19,889 bases of DNA from positions 1 to 19,889 of the forward strand of contig JBMFMV010000032.1 of assembly GCA_049970495.1 (NCBI GenBank), read 5' to 3'. Origin of the DNA: a bacterium (GTDB lineage Bacteria > DUMJ01). The notes below the pieces were generated by a model. It searched no databases and was not told the origin of the DNA. It was given only the letters and a program-made list of their open reading frames with translations. Both the position numbers and the translations under genes were made by a program. Of this stretch, positions 1 through 8,897 are shown in pieces; the stretch's first letter is position 1; each line of letters starts with the position of its first letter.

Positions 1-14
1 CTCGAAAACTCCCC

Positions 15-41
15 TTGACAAATGTGGGGGAAGGATAAAAT
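15..41 (+). promoter_or_regulatory. Possible sigma70-type promoter: TTGACA (15-20) and TAAAAT (36-41)
   Basis: Perfect -35 hexamer, but the spacer to TAAAAT is only 15 nt. A short inverted repeat TCCCC(10-14)/GGGGA(27-31) flanks the -35. An alternative TTAGAG(194-199)-17 nt-TAGAAT(217-222) lies closer to the gene. Confidence 0.35.
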
Positions 42-158
42 ATAGGTAAAGTTAGAGAGGATTGGGATGTAGGAGTAGACTATCAGTAGAAGTAAGGAGA
101 GTGATGCCTAGAGAGGAGAAGATATGATAGCCTTAATGATTTAAGAGGCAATTCAGTC

Positions 159-181
159 AAGCTAACCCGAGAGGGTAGCTT
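159..181 (+). other. GNRA-tetraloop hairpin in the leader
   Basis: AAGCT-A-ACCC-GAGA-GGGT-AGCTT: 9-bp stem with one bulged A and a GAGA loop, followed by only a weak T run. Confidence 0.5.
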
Positions 182-301
182 TAAATAGCAGTTTTAGAGG
201 GGTTTAAACAGTGGGGTAGAATATGAGATTCTTATTTAGAAAATTGAGTATACAAGGGGTTTTAGAGCCTGGAGAAAATCTACTTTTAAAGGCGGAGGTA
301 C

Positions 302-1309
302 ATGACTAGTAGAGAAATTGTGATAAAGAGTTTGGAATTTGAAGGGCCCGAAAGAATACCTATGACTTTACCACCGCCATACCCCAATGATATAGTTGGA
401 GTAGGTTTAGGACCAAATCCTTATGTAAGTGAGGAATGGGTCTATAAAGGAAATAATAGATGGGAAAGGATAGACGAGTGGGGAAACACCTGGGCCAGGC
501 TTGAGGCATATTCGAAAGGAGAAGTAGTAAAGGGAGCTATAGAGGATTGGAGTCAACTTGACTCCTATAGATTTCCTCCGCTGGATCTAGATTCCAGATA
601 TGAACCTGCTAGAAGAATCTTTAAGGAGATACCGGATAAATTCCGTATAGGATTTCTTCCAGGATTCCCATTTAGTATAGCAAGGTATCTAAGAAGAATG
701 GATAATTTTCTGTTGGATGTAGCTGCAGAGAAGGAAAATGTGGCCAAGTTACTTAAGGATATTGCTGACTTACTAGAGATTGTTATAGAGAAATTCGCTA
801 AGGCTGGTGCCGACGCAGTTATGTTTGCAGAAGATTGGGGAACGCAGGATAGACTCCTAGTTTCACCTAAATCTTGGAGAGAGTTATTTAAACCCGGTTT
901 TATCCAACTGTGTAATACTGCTCATAAGCTTGGACTTTATGTTTTTATGCATTCTTGTGGCCATATCTATGAAATAATACCCGATCTAATAGAAGTTGGA
1001 ATAGATGTCTTACAGTTTGATCAACCCGCTTTACATGGTATAGATAACTTGGCTAGAGACTTTGGTGGTAAGGTCAATTTCTGGTGTCCTGTGGATATAC
1101 AGCAGGTACTACCTCAGAAGGATGAAAAACTAATAGAAGATTTTGCCAAAGAGATGATAGAGAAATTAGGATGTTTTGATGGTGGATTTATAGCTGGATA
1201 TTATCAATCTAACGAGGCCTTAGGACTTGACCCCTATTGGCAAGATGTTGCCTGTAAGGCTTTTGTTAAATATTGTTATTTAAATAAAACTAAAAAGAAG
1301 GAGGTCTGA
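302..1309 (+). CDS. Uroporphyrinogen decarboxylase / MtaA-CmuA superfamily protein, function unknown (not a canonical HemE)
   Basis: 335 aa. Family-typical segments DEWG, EDWGTQDRLLVSPKSWRELFKP, MHSCG, DLIEVGIDVLQFDQP, VDIQ and GGFI. Lacks the HemE MRQAGR motif. GGAGGT at 294-299. Confidence 0.85.
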   Translation: MTSREIVIKSLEFEGPERIPMTLPPPYPNDIVGVGLGPNPYVSEEWVYKGNNRWERIDEWGNTWARLEAYSKGEVVKGAIEDWSQLDSYRFPPLDLDSRYEPARRIFKEIPDKFRIGFLPGFPFSIARYLRRMDNFLLDVAAEKENVAKLLKDIADLLEIVIEKFAKAGADAVMFAEDWGTQDRLLVSPKSWRELFKPGFIQLCNTAHKLGLYVFMHSCGHIYEIIPDLIEVGIDVLQFDQPALHGIDNLARDFGGKVNFWCPVDIQQVLPQKDEKLIEDFAKEMIEKLGCFDGGFIAGYYQSNEALGLDPYWQDVACKAFVKYCYLNKTKKKEV

Positions 1310-1311
1310 TT

Positions 1312-3285
1312 ATGAGATTATTGAAGGTTGGTTTGATACTGGTATTGGTTTTGAGTCTACTTATAAGTACTTCTGGCTTAGGTTTCTCGCAGGAAAAAGT
1401 TATTCCTGGAGAGTATTATAATCTCTCAGACTATGAGAAGTTAACTGGAAAGAAGATTGCTAAGTTTAATGAAGCTCCAATGTTACAAGAACTAGTAAAG
1501 CAGGGTAAACTTCCACCAGTAGAACAGAGATTACCTAAAAGCCCTCTAGTGGTAACACCTGTAGAAGAGATTGGTCAGTATGGTGGAACTTGGCGTAGGG
1601 CATGGCTTGGTCTTTCTGACCAGTGGGGTCCAAATAAGATCTGTCATGAGCATCTGGTTATGTTTGACAAGGGTGGAACAAAGGTCTTACCTAATATAGC
1701 AGAGAGTTGGAAGGTTTCTAAAGATGCTAAGGTCTATACTTTCAAGATTAGGGAAGGTATCAAATGGTCAGATGGAACACCCTTAACTACTGACGATGTA
1801 ATGTTCTGGTATGAGGATGTAGTAATGAATAAAGAACTTACACCGACTGTTGCTACATGGCTTACTGCTGGAGGTAAACCTTGTAAAATAGTAAAGGTAG
1901 ATACATATACCTTTAGGGTAGAATTTGAGCAACCAAATCCTCTCTTTTTGATAAATATATGCAAATCAGGAGGAAATCAGTTCTTCTTACCAAAACATTA
2001 TGGAAAGCAGTTCCATATAAAATATACACCGAAAGAAGAGTTAGAAAAGAAGGTAAAAGATGCAGGATTTCAATTCTGGTATCAATTATTTGATGCTAAA
2101 GTAAGCAACTCTAATGCTTGGCTACAAAATCCTGAACTTCCAGTTCTACACCCTTGGAAAAATACAACCCTTCCAACAGCTACTACTATGATCTTTGAAA
2201 GAAATCCATACTATTGGAAAATAGATCCAGCGGGAAATCAACTACCGTACATTGATAAGATAGCTCATGCCCTTGTAGAAAATAGAGAAGTGATCACGAT
2301 GAAGGCTGTTGCTGGTGAAATAGATATGCAGACAAGACATATCAGTCTTCCAGATTATACACTCCTTATGGAAAACAGAGCTAAAGGAAATTATAGAGTC
2401 CTTAACTGGAAACAAGGTGTAGGTTCTGATGTTATGATATGTTTAAACCAGAACGTCAAAGATCCGGTTCTGCGTAAGCTATTTGAGGATAGAAGATTCA
2501 GACAGGCATTATCTATAGCTATTAATAGAGAAGAGATATGGAAGCTTGTATATCTAGGCATGGGTAAGCCTAGACAGTGCTCTCTTATCAGTGGTGTTGC
2601 CTTTTATGATCCAGAATGGGAAAAGATGTGGGCAGAGTACGATCCAAAGAAATCTAATGAGATCTTAGATAGAATAGGACTTAACAAGAAAGATAAGGAT
2701 GGCTTTAGACTAAGACCAGATGGGAAGACTCTGGCTTTGACTATAACATTCCCAAGCGGAATATTTGGAGCTTGGTCAGATGTTCTAGAGATGGTAAAGA
2801 AGTACTGGGAAGCAGTAGGGGTAAAGGTTGCTATACAGCCAGTTGAGAGGTCTCTATACGTTACTAGATGTAACGCTGGAGAGCTAGAGATTGGAGTATG
2901 GAATTTTGATAGAAATGCAGCAGTAATATCTGATCCTGGAAGACTTCTAGGGACTGTCACTGATGGACCTTGGGCACCACTTTATGGCCAGTGGTATTCT
3001 ACAGGTGGTAAAGGTGGAGAGGAACCTAAGGGTGATATTAAAAAGATCTATGAATTCTGGGATAAGGCAAAGGCTACAGCAGATGAGAAACAGAGAGATC
3101 GATTCTTTAAGGAGATAATCAATTTACATAAGAGAAATATTTGGATGATAGGTATCGTTGGAGAATTGCCCCAGCCTGTTGTAGTGAAAAATAACTTTAG
3201 AAATGTCCCTGACGGTATTATTTGGGATGATACCCTTAGGTCTCCTAAGAATGCTAGACCTGAGCAGTTCTTCTTTAAACAATAG
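1312..3285 (+). CDS. ABC transporter substrate-binding protein, family 5 (OppA/DppA-like; subfamily often binding oligosaccharides)
   Basis: 657 aa. Hydrophobic signal peptide without lipobox Cys. Motifs EAPML..LVKQGKLPPVEQRLP, IGQYGGT, PNIAESW, KWSDGTPLTTDDV, RNPYYWKID..GNQLPYID and RFRQALSIAINREEI. SD AAGGAGGT at 1298-1305. Confidence 0.93.
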   Translation: MRLLKVGLILVLVLSLLISTSGLGFSQEKVIPGEYYNLSDYEKLTGKKIAKFNEAPMLQELVKQGKLPPVEQRLPKSPLVVTPVEEIGQYGGTWRRAWLGLSDQWGPNKICHEHLVMFDKGGTKVLPNIAESWKVSKDAKVYTFKIREGIKWSDGTPLTTDDVMFWYEDVVMNKELTPTVATWLTAGGKPCKIVKVDTYTFRVEFEQPNPLFLINICKSGGNQFFLPKHYGKQFHIKYTPKEELEKKVKDAGFQFWYQLFDAKVSNSNAWLQNPELPVLHPWKNTTLPTATTMIFERNPYYWKIDPAGNQLPYIDKIAHALVENREVITMKAVAGEIDMQTRHISLPDYTLLMENRAKGNYRVLNWKQGVGSDVMICLNQNVKDPVLRKLFEDRRFRQALSIAINREEIWKLVYLGMGKPRQCSLISGVAFYDPEWEKMWAEYDPKKSNEILDRIGLNKKDKDGFRLRPDGKTLALTITFPSGIFGAWSDVLEMVKKYWEAVGVKVAIQPVERSLYVTRCNAGELEIGVWNFDRNAAVISDPGRLLGTVTDGPWAPLYGQWYSTGGKGGEEPKGDIKKIYEFWDKAKATADEKQRDRFFKEIINLHKRNIWMIGIVGELPQPVVVKNNFRNVPDGIIWDDTLRSPKNARPEQFFFKQ

Positions 3286-3300
3286 TTATTAAGAGATTTT

Positions 3301-3335
3301 AAAGGGCGGGCAAAGTGGCTCGCCCTTTTTTCTTT
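3301..3335 (+). terminator. Rho-independent terminator
   Basis: AAAGGGCGGGC-AAAGTG-GCTCGCCCTTT hairpin (one G-U pair) followed by TTTCTTT, starting 15 nt after the stop of the binding-protein gene. Confidence 0.9.
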
Positions 3336-3338
3336 ATA

Positions 3339-3347
3339 TGTTATACT
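3339..3347 (+). promoter_or_regulatory. Extended -10 promoter element TG-T-TATACT for the PMM/PGM-murJ-ligase unit
   Basis: TGnTATACT directly after the terminator, about 50 nt before the likely start. No recognisable -35. Confidence 0.55.
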
Positions 3348-3396
3348 ATTTATGTAATTTCTTACCAAACTATAAAGAATGGAGGGATTATTTCCT

Positions 3397-4824
3397 ATGG
3401 TAGATAGGACTATCTTTCGTATGTACGATATACGAGGCGAGGTTGGTAAAGAGATCACACCGGAAGTAATGGAAATTATAGGGAAGGCATATAGTATTTA
3501 TCTAAGGGATAAGATAAAAAAAGAACATTATACTGTATCGGTTGGAAGAGATGTAAGATTACACTCTAAGATTCTTTTTGATGGACTTGTTAGGGGTCTA
3601 AATATTGGGGGAATTAATGTTATAGATATTGGAGTCTGTCCAACACCTGTTTTATATTTCTCCCTTTTTAATCTAGATGTAGATGGTGGACTTATGATTA
3701 CCGCAAGTCATAATCCTCCTGAATTTAATGGGTTAAAGATATGTGTCGGAAAGGAGACCATATTTGGTGATGAAATACAGAGACTTTATGAAATAGTAAG
3801 AGAAGTTGAAAGTGGAAAGGTAAAATTCAACTTTAATATAGGAAATCTAAAATCATTTGATATGTTATCTGTTTATAAGGATTTTCTTGTCAAGGAGTTT
3901 AAAAGAGGCCCCTTAGGTGAAATAAATCCTGGATTAATAAGAATAGGAATTGATAGTGGTAATGGGTGTGCTGGTCTTATAGTTCCTCATATACTTAGAG
4001 AACTAAATATATCATTGGTTGAACTTTACACTGAGCCAAACGGTAGATTCCCTAATCATCATCCAGATCCTACTTTACTAGAGACATTGGAAGACTTAAT
4101 AAAGGAGGTAAAAGAGAATAGACTTGACTTAGGTATTGCTTATGATGGTGATGTAGATAGAATAGGGGTTATAGATGAGAATGGTAATGTTGTATATGGA
4201 GATAAATTGACGTATATTTTTGCTAAAGAGATACTAAAGAATAACCATGGGGCAAAGATAATAAGTGAAGTTAAAGCCTCTAAGACTTTATTTGACGGCA
4301 TAGAAAAACTTGGGGGGGTACCTGTACTTTCTCCAGTGGGACATTCTCTAATTAAGAAGAAATTAAGAGAAGAATCTGCACTTTTAGCTGGCGAAATGAG
4401 TGGCCACATGTTCTTTAATGACAGATACTTCGGATATGATGATGCCATATATGCAACCTTAAGGCTTCTTGAAATAGTAGCTAGAGAAAAACGAAACAAC
4501 TCTAATTTTGTTTTCTCAGACCTTTTAAAGGATCTCCCAGAGATGTATGTATCCCCAGAAATACGGATAGATTGCCCTGAGGAAAGGAAATTTCAAATAG
4601 TAGAAGAATTTCTTCCTAGATTTAAAGCTAGATATCCAGAATTAGCTAAAAGTATAGTTAAGGTTATAACAATCGATGGGCTAAGGATAGAATTTCCAGA
4701 TGGTTGGAGTCTTATAAGGGCAAGTAATACTCAACCGGCTCTTGTATTAAGATTTGAAGCTAAAACTAAAGAGAAGCTAGATTTTTACAGAAAGATCTTC
4801 GAGGAAACAATAAGTTCCTTATGA
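3397..4824 (+). CDS. Phosphomannomutase/phosphoglucomutase
   Basis: IFRMYDIRG, catalytic ITASHNP, metal loop DGDVDR, GEMSGH and RASNTQP. Start moved from 3379 to the ATG at 3397 because GGAGG (3381-3385) lies between the two ATGs; 3379 remains possible. Confidence 0.93.
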   Translation: MVDRTIFRMYDIRGEVGKEITPEVMEIIGKAYSIYLRDKIKKEHYTVSVGRDVRLHSKILFDGLVRGLNIGGINVIDIGVCPTPVLYFSLFNLDVDGGLMITASHNPPEFNGLKICVGKETIFGDEIQRLYEIVREVESGKVKFNFNIGNLKSFDMLSVYKDFLVKEFKRGPLGEINPGLIRIGIDSGNGCAGLIVPHILRELNISLVELYTEPNGRFPNHHPDPTLLETLEDLIKEVKENRLDLGIAYDGDVDRIGVIDENGNVVYGDKLTYIFAKEILKNNHGAKIISEVKASKTLFDGIEKLGGVPVLSPVGHSLIKKKLREESALLAGEMSGHMFFNDRYFGYDDAIYATLRLLEIVAREKRNNSNFVFSDLLKDLPEMYVSPEIRIDCPEERKFQIVEEFLPRFKARYPELAKSIVKVITIDGLRIEFPDGWSLIRASNTQPALVLRFEAKTKEKLDFYRKIFEETISSL

Positions 4825-6374
4825 TTAATATACATAAGCAATCCATTTTACAAGCAACAGTTTTACTTACAGTTATAGCATTTCTAAGTAGAATTTTTGG
4901 ATTTTTTAGAGAGGTTATTATAGCTAATGTATTTGGTGCTAAGGCTATAACTGATGCCTATTTAGTTGCTCAAGTACTTCCTTTGACATTGGCTGGGTTG
5001 ATAGGAGGAGCCTTGACTACTGTTTTTATTCCGGTATTTTTAGAAGAAAAAGAGAAAAATGGAGAAGAAAAGGCTTGGTACGCTGCAGATACTGTTCTTA
5101 GCGTATCTTTTGTATATCTTATTGTAGCTACGGTTATTTCTTATCTTCTTACAGAGCCATTCTTAAGATTGATAGCCCCAGGATTTCCAAGTGATAGGCT
5201 AAAATTGGCTACACTAATGACTAGACTATTACTCCCATCCCTCTTATTTCATGGAATATTGGGTATTCTTACAGGACTTTCTCAGTCTTATAAACAATTT
5301 TTAATTCCAAGTATAGGTGGTTTTTTATATAATTTATGTGTAATTTTCTCTATTATAACCTTAGGCAAGGCTTTGCCTCCCTTTAGTCTTGCGCTAGGTA
5401 ATGTCCTTGGAGTTTTTCTGCAAGTTTTTCTTGTCTTTCTCTATCTAAAGAAGAGATTACCATATATAAGATGGCATATAGACTTTTCTCATCCAGCAGT
5501 TAAAAAGACTTTTTATCTTATGATCCCTGTCTTGTTAGGTGCTAGTGTTGGTTATCTGAACACTATAATTGATAGGATATTCGCTTCTGGATTACCTGAA
5601 GGTTCTATCTCTGCATTGAATTTTGGTGCAAGGATAAAGGACCTCCCCGTTTCACTTTTTGCTAACTCCTTATCTATAGCCATATATCCAACTGCTTCTG
5701 AATTAGTGATAGAAGGAAGGAATGACAAGATTATTGATTTACTCAATAAAGCTATAAGATTTATTTGGATTATTGTTATTCCTGCTAGTATTGGTCTTAT
5801 AGTGTTAGATAAAGAAATAATCAGATTCCTTTTTGAAAGAGGGGCTTTTGATAGTAGAGCTACTATTCTTACCGCTGGCGCTCTTAGATTTTATTCTTTA
5901 GGTCTATTTGCTTTTTCTGCTGGACCTGTAGTAGCTAGAGCATTTTATTCTTTTCAAGATACAGCTACTCCTGTAATAGTCAGCTTCTTAGCTATAGGGA
6001 TGAATATACTTCTTAATGCTATTCTTGTAAGAGTAATGGCTCATCTCGGATTAGCCTTAGCGACTTCTATATCTAGTATGTTTTCTTTTATTCTACTATT
6101 GTTCCTGTTAAAGAAGAAGCTAGGATATATAGGTGGGGAAAAGTTAGTTATTAACTTTACAAAGATCTTATTATCTTCTCTTATAATGGGATGTGCCTTA
6201 TTCTTTTTAAAAGGGTATTTGAGTTTTATTAGGATTGAATTCTTTAGAATATCCGTTCTAATCTTGATAGGAATATCAATATATAGTACTATTTTACTGT
6301 TATCTATGAGTGAAGAAAAAGAAAGATTAAAAATTGCCTTAGTTAAACTTATAAAAAGCCTATTTTTTGATTAG
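4821..6374 (+). CDS. murJ: Lipid II flippase MurJ (MviN)
   Basis: 517 aa polytopic membrane protein with LSRIFGFFRE, FGA..ITDAY, GGAL..VFIP, IDRIFASGL, LFERGAF and AFYSFQDTATPV. ATGA overlap with the upstream gene. Confidence 0.93.
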   Translation: MINIHKQSILQATVLLTVIAFLSRIFGFFREVIIANVFGAKAITDAYLVAQVLPLTLAGLIGGALTTVFIPVFLEEKEKNGEEKAWYAADTVLSVSFVYLIVATVISYLLTEPFLRLIAPGFPSDRLKLATLMTRLLLPSLLFHGILGILTGLSQSYKQFLIPSIGGFLYNLCVIFSIITLGKALPPFSLALGNVLGVFLQVFLVFLYLKKRLPYIRWHIDFSHPAVKKTFYLMIPVLLGASVGYLNTIIDRIFASGLPEGSISALNFGARIKDLPVSLFANSLSIAIYPTASELVIEGRNDKIIDLLNKAIRFIWIIVIPASIGLIVLDKEIIRFLFERGAFDSRATILTAGALRFYSLGLFAFSAGPVVARAFYSFQDTATPVIVSFLAIGMNILLNAILVRVMAHLGLALATSISSMFSFILLLFLLKKKLGYIGGEKLVINFTKILLSSLIMGCALFFLKGYLSFIRIEFFRISVLILIGISIYSTILLLSMSEEKERLKIALVKLIKSLFFD

Positions 6375-6395
6375 GCTCAAAAGAGGGGTGAATAG

Positions 6396-8117
6396 ATGTT
6401 TTACGATGATATAGATGCTTTAGGAACGTATATAAATGTATGTCTTGATAGGTATAAAGATAATACCTTCCTTTGTGAACTTGACGAAGATGAGCTAGTC
6501 GCCTCAATTACTTACGGACAAGCCAAAGAGAGGATTCAAGGTATAAAGAGTATCCTTAATGAGAATAGGATAAAACCAGGAGATAAGATAGCTCTTCTCG
6601 GAGAAAATTCTATAAATTGGGGATTAGTATACATGGCAGTTGTTACTTATGGAGCTATTATCGTTCCTATTCTGCATGAATTTGACAGCATTAGTATCTC
6701 TAATATCATAAATATGTCTGATGCAAAAATCCTCTTTGTCTCCTCCTCATTACTTGATAAGGTTGAAGAAGGCAGTCTAGGACAGTTAGAGAAGATTTAT
6801 CTGTTAGACGATTTTAGAGAGGTGGAGATAAATAAAGTCAAAGAAGCAAAATCTCAGATAAAAAACAAACTCCTTGAGTTTAGGAATAAGATAGACCAGT
6901 TATTCCTTGAACGTATAAGTAGGATAAAGATTGAATCTAATAAGGAGTATATCCCGAAAGCAGATGACATTGCAGCTATAGTATATACATCTGGCACTAC
7001 TGGAAGGTCTAAGGGTGTTATGCTTACTCATAAAAATATATTCTGGAATATCTTGGCAGCATTAGACTATATAGAGATTAATAGTGAAGACAGATTCCTA
7101 TCTATCTTGCCGTCTTCTCACACTTATGAATGTACTTTCACTTTACTTCTTTCTATGGTTGGAGGTGCAAGTGTTTATTATCTCAAACAAAAACCAAGTC
7201 CTAAGGTACTTCTTAAGGCTTTTGAGAAGGTAAAGCCAACTATGGTTATGATGGTTCCACTAGTAATAGAAAAGATATACAAAAAGAATGTCCTACCTAA
7301 ACTACAAGATAATATAATCTTAAGAGGCGCTACTAAGATTAAGCCACTTAGGAAAGTTCTCTATAAGAAAGCCTGTAAATCTTTACTTGAGGCATTTGGA
7401 GGTAATATAAAACTTATATGTATTGGAGGAGCCCCTCTTAGTCCTGAAGCTGATCTATTCCTCCTAGAAGGAGAATTTCCTAGCGCTGTAGGATATGGTA
7501 TGACCGAATGTGCACCCTTAATTACTTTTGCTATGCCTGACAAGAAGAGATTCCAGAGTTGTGGTTATCCTATAAAAGGTGCACAGATAAAGATAGATAA
7601 GCCTGATCCTATAACAGGTATCGGAGAAGTCTTAGTAAAAGGACCGATGGTCACTAAAGGTTACTACAAAAATGAAGAGGAGACAAAAAAATTATTTACT
7701 GAAGACGGTTGGATGAGAACTGGAGATTTAGGGTATATCGATAAAGATAACTATCTATACCTGAAGGGGAGGTTAAAGAATATTATTTTAGGGCCTAATG
7801 GGGAGAATATATATCCTGAAGAGATAGAGCAAGTTCTAAGCGAAGACAGGGGTATTTCGGAAGCTTTGCTGTTAGAAAGGGAAGGGAAGTTGATAGCGTA
7901 TATATATCCAGATTATGATTTCCTAAATGCAGAGCTAAAACTCCTTGAGATTGAACCTAATCAAGCTCAAGAAAGATTAGAAAAATACTTTGATAATCTT
8001 ATAAAAGAGGTGAATCATAGACTTCCTACTTTTTCTCAGATTAAAGGTTTTAATATAGTTGAAAAAGAGTTCGAGAAGACTCCAACACAAAAGATAAAGA
8101 GGTATATGTATAAATAG
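6396..8117 (+). CDS. Long-chain fatty acid-CoA ligase (AMP-binding, FadD-like)
   Basis: 573 aa with YTSGTTGRSKG, GYGMTE, TGDLG, GRLKNIILGPNGENIYPEEIE and C-terminal KTPTQKIKR. SD GAGGGGTGA upstream. Confidence 0.9.
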   Translation: MFYDDIDALGTYINVCLDRYKDNTFLCELDEDELVASITYGQAKERIQGIKSILNENRIKPGDKIALLGENSINWGLVYMAVVTYGAIIVPILHEFDSISISNIINMSDAKILFVSSSLLDKVEEGSLGQLEKIYLLDDFREVEINKVKEAKSQIKNKLLEFRNKIDQLFLERISRIKIESNKEYIPKADDIAAIVYTSGTTGRSKGVMLTHKNIFWNILAALDYIEINSEDRFLSILPSSHTYECTFTLLLSMVGGASVYYLKQKPSPKVLLKAFEKVKPTMVMMVPLVIEKIYKKNVLPKLQDNIILRGATKIKPLRKVLYKKACKSLLEAFGGNIKLICIGGAPLSPEADLFLLEGEFPSAVGYGMTECAPLITFAMPDKKRFQSCGYPIKGAQIKIDKPDPITGIGEVLVKGPMVTKGYYKNEEETKKLFTEDGWMRTGDLGYIDKDNYLYLKGRLKNIILGPNGENIYPEEIEQVLSEDRGISEALLLEREGKLIAYIYPDYDFLNAELKLLEIEPNQAQERLEKYFDNLIKEVNHRLPTFSQIKGFNIVEKEFEKTPTQKIKRYMYK

Positions 8118-8218
8118 GCTTTATTCTAGCTCCTGAGAATTAAAAGAGTATATACTTATGAAAAATAGTAGGATTGATAATATTTGTATCGTAGTGTCAA
8201 ATTTTACATCAGGGGAAA

Positions 8219-8238
8219 GTATTACTGAGTAGTAATAC
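8219..8238. repeat. Perfect inverted repeat GTATTACT-GAGT-AGTAATAC, possible operator
   Basis: 8-bp arms with a 4-nt spacer, ending 6 nt upstream of a predicted -35. Confidence 0.55.
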
Positions 8239-8244
8239 ACTGTC

Positions 8245-8273
8245 TTGAAATTTGTATCTTTTTATGCTAATCT
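8245..8273 (+). promoter_or_regulatory. Sigma70-type promoter TTGAAA-17 nt-TAATCT with extended -10 TG
   Basis: TTGAAA 8245-8250, TG 8265-8266, TAATCT 8268-8273. ATG follows 9 nt later with no SD. Confidence 0.6.
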
Positions 8274-8282
8274 CTTTAAGAG

Positions 8283-8879
8283 ATGAGATTTAATATCTTA
8301 AATTTATTGTTAAGCATACCAGCTATTCTAATAGCTATTACGTTCCATGAATATGCGCATGGATGGGCAGCATATAAGTTAGGGGATCCTACCCCAAAAT
8401 TTTATGGTAGGTTGACATTAAATCCACTTGCTCATCTAGACCTTATAGGAACTGTTATGCTTCTTATCTTTAGATTTGGTTGGGCAAAGCCAGTACCTAT
8501 AAATCCAAACAACTTTTCTAATTATAAGAGAGATACAATATTAGTTTCTATAGCCGGACCTACGGCTAATTTCCTTTTGGCTATAGTATTTGCATTGATA
8601 GGACGTACATTTATGTCTCTTTATATAATACCTTTGAATGCATTTTTATCTATAAGTATCTACATAAACATAGCCCTTGCTGTTTTTAACCTTATACCAA
8701 TCCCTCCTTTAGATGGATCTAGACTTTTGTTACTTCTTCTACCTTATCGGTATATGTATATAGCGGATTTTTTAGAACAGTACGGATTTATAGTTATAAT
8801 AATATTAATAACATTTACCAATTTTATAAGTTTAATAGTGACTCCAATAGTAAATTGGCTATTTAACATATTTATATAG
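8283..8879 (+). CDS. Site-2 protease family (peptidase M50) intramembrane zinc metalloprotease
   Basis: HEYAHG (HExxH), GRLTLNPLAHLD, FGWAKPVP, AGP and FNLIPIPPLDG. Hydrophobic throughout. Confidence 0.93.
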   Translation: MRFNILNLLLSIPAILIAITFHEYAHGWAAYKLGDPTPKFYGRLTLNPLAHLDLIGTVMLLIFRFGWAKPVPINPNNFSNYKRDTILVSIAGPTANFLLAIVFALIGRTFMSLYIIPLNAFLSISIYINIALAVFNLIPIPPLDGSRLLLLLLPYRYMYIADFLEQYGFIVIIILITFTNFISLIVTPIVNWLFNIFI

Positions 8880-8897
8880 GTAATGGAGGCTTGAGAT

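Noticed and set aside
191..268. GTTTTAGAG twice, 68 nt apart, matching the start of the type II-A CRISPR repeat
   Set aside because: Similarity stops after 9 nt, there is no third copy at the same period, and no cas genes are in the window. Not an array.
302..1309. Calling this gene hemE and linking it with hemW as a heme pathway
   Set aside because: The HemE MRQAGR motif is absent, hemW is in its routine post-lepA position, and no other tetrapyrrole genes are present.
8118..8897. T-box riboswitch for trpS
   Set aside because: No GGTGGnACCGCG-like T-box or terminator pair is visible in 8118-8282, and only 18 nt separate the protease from trpS.
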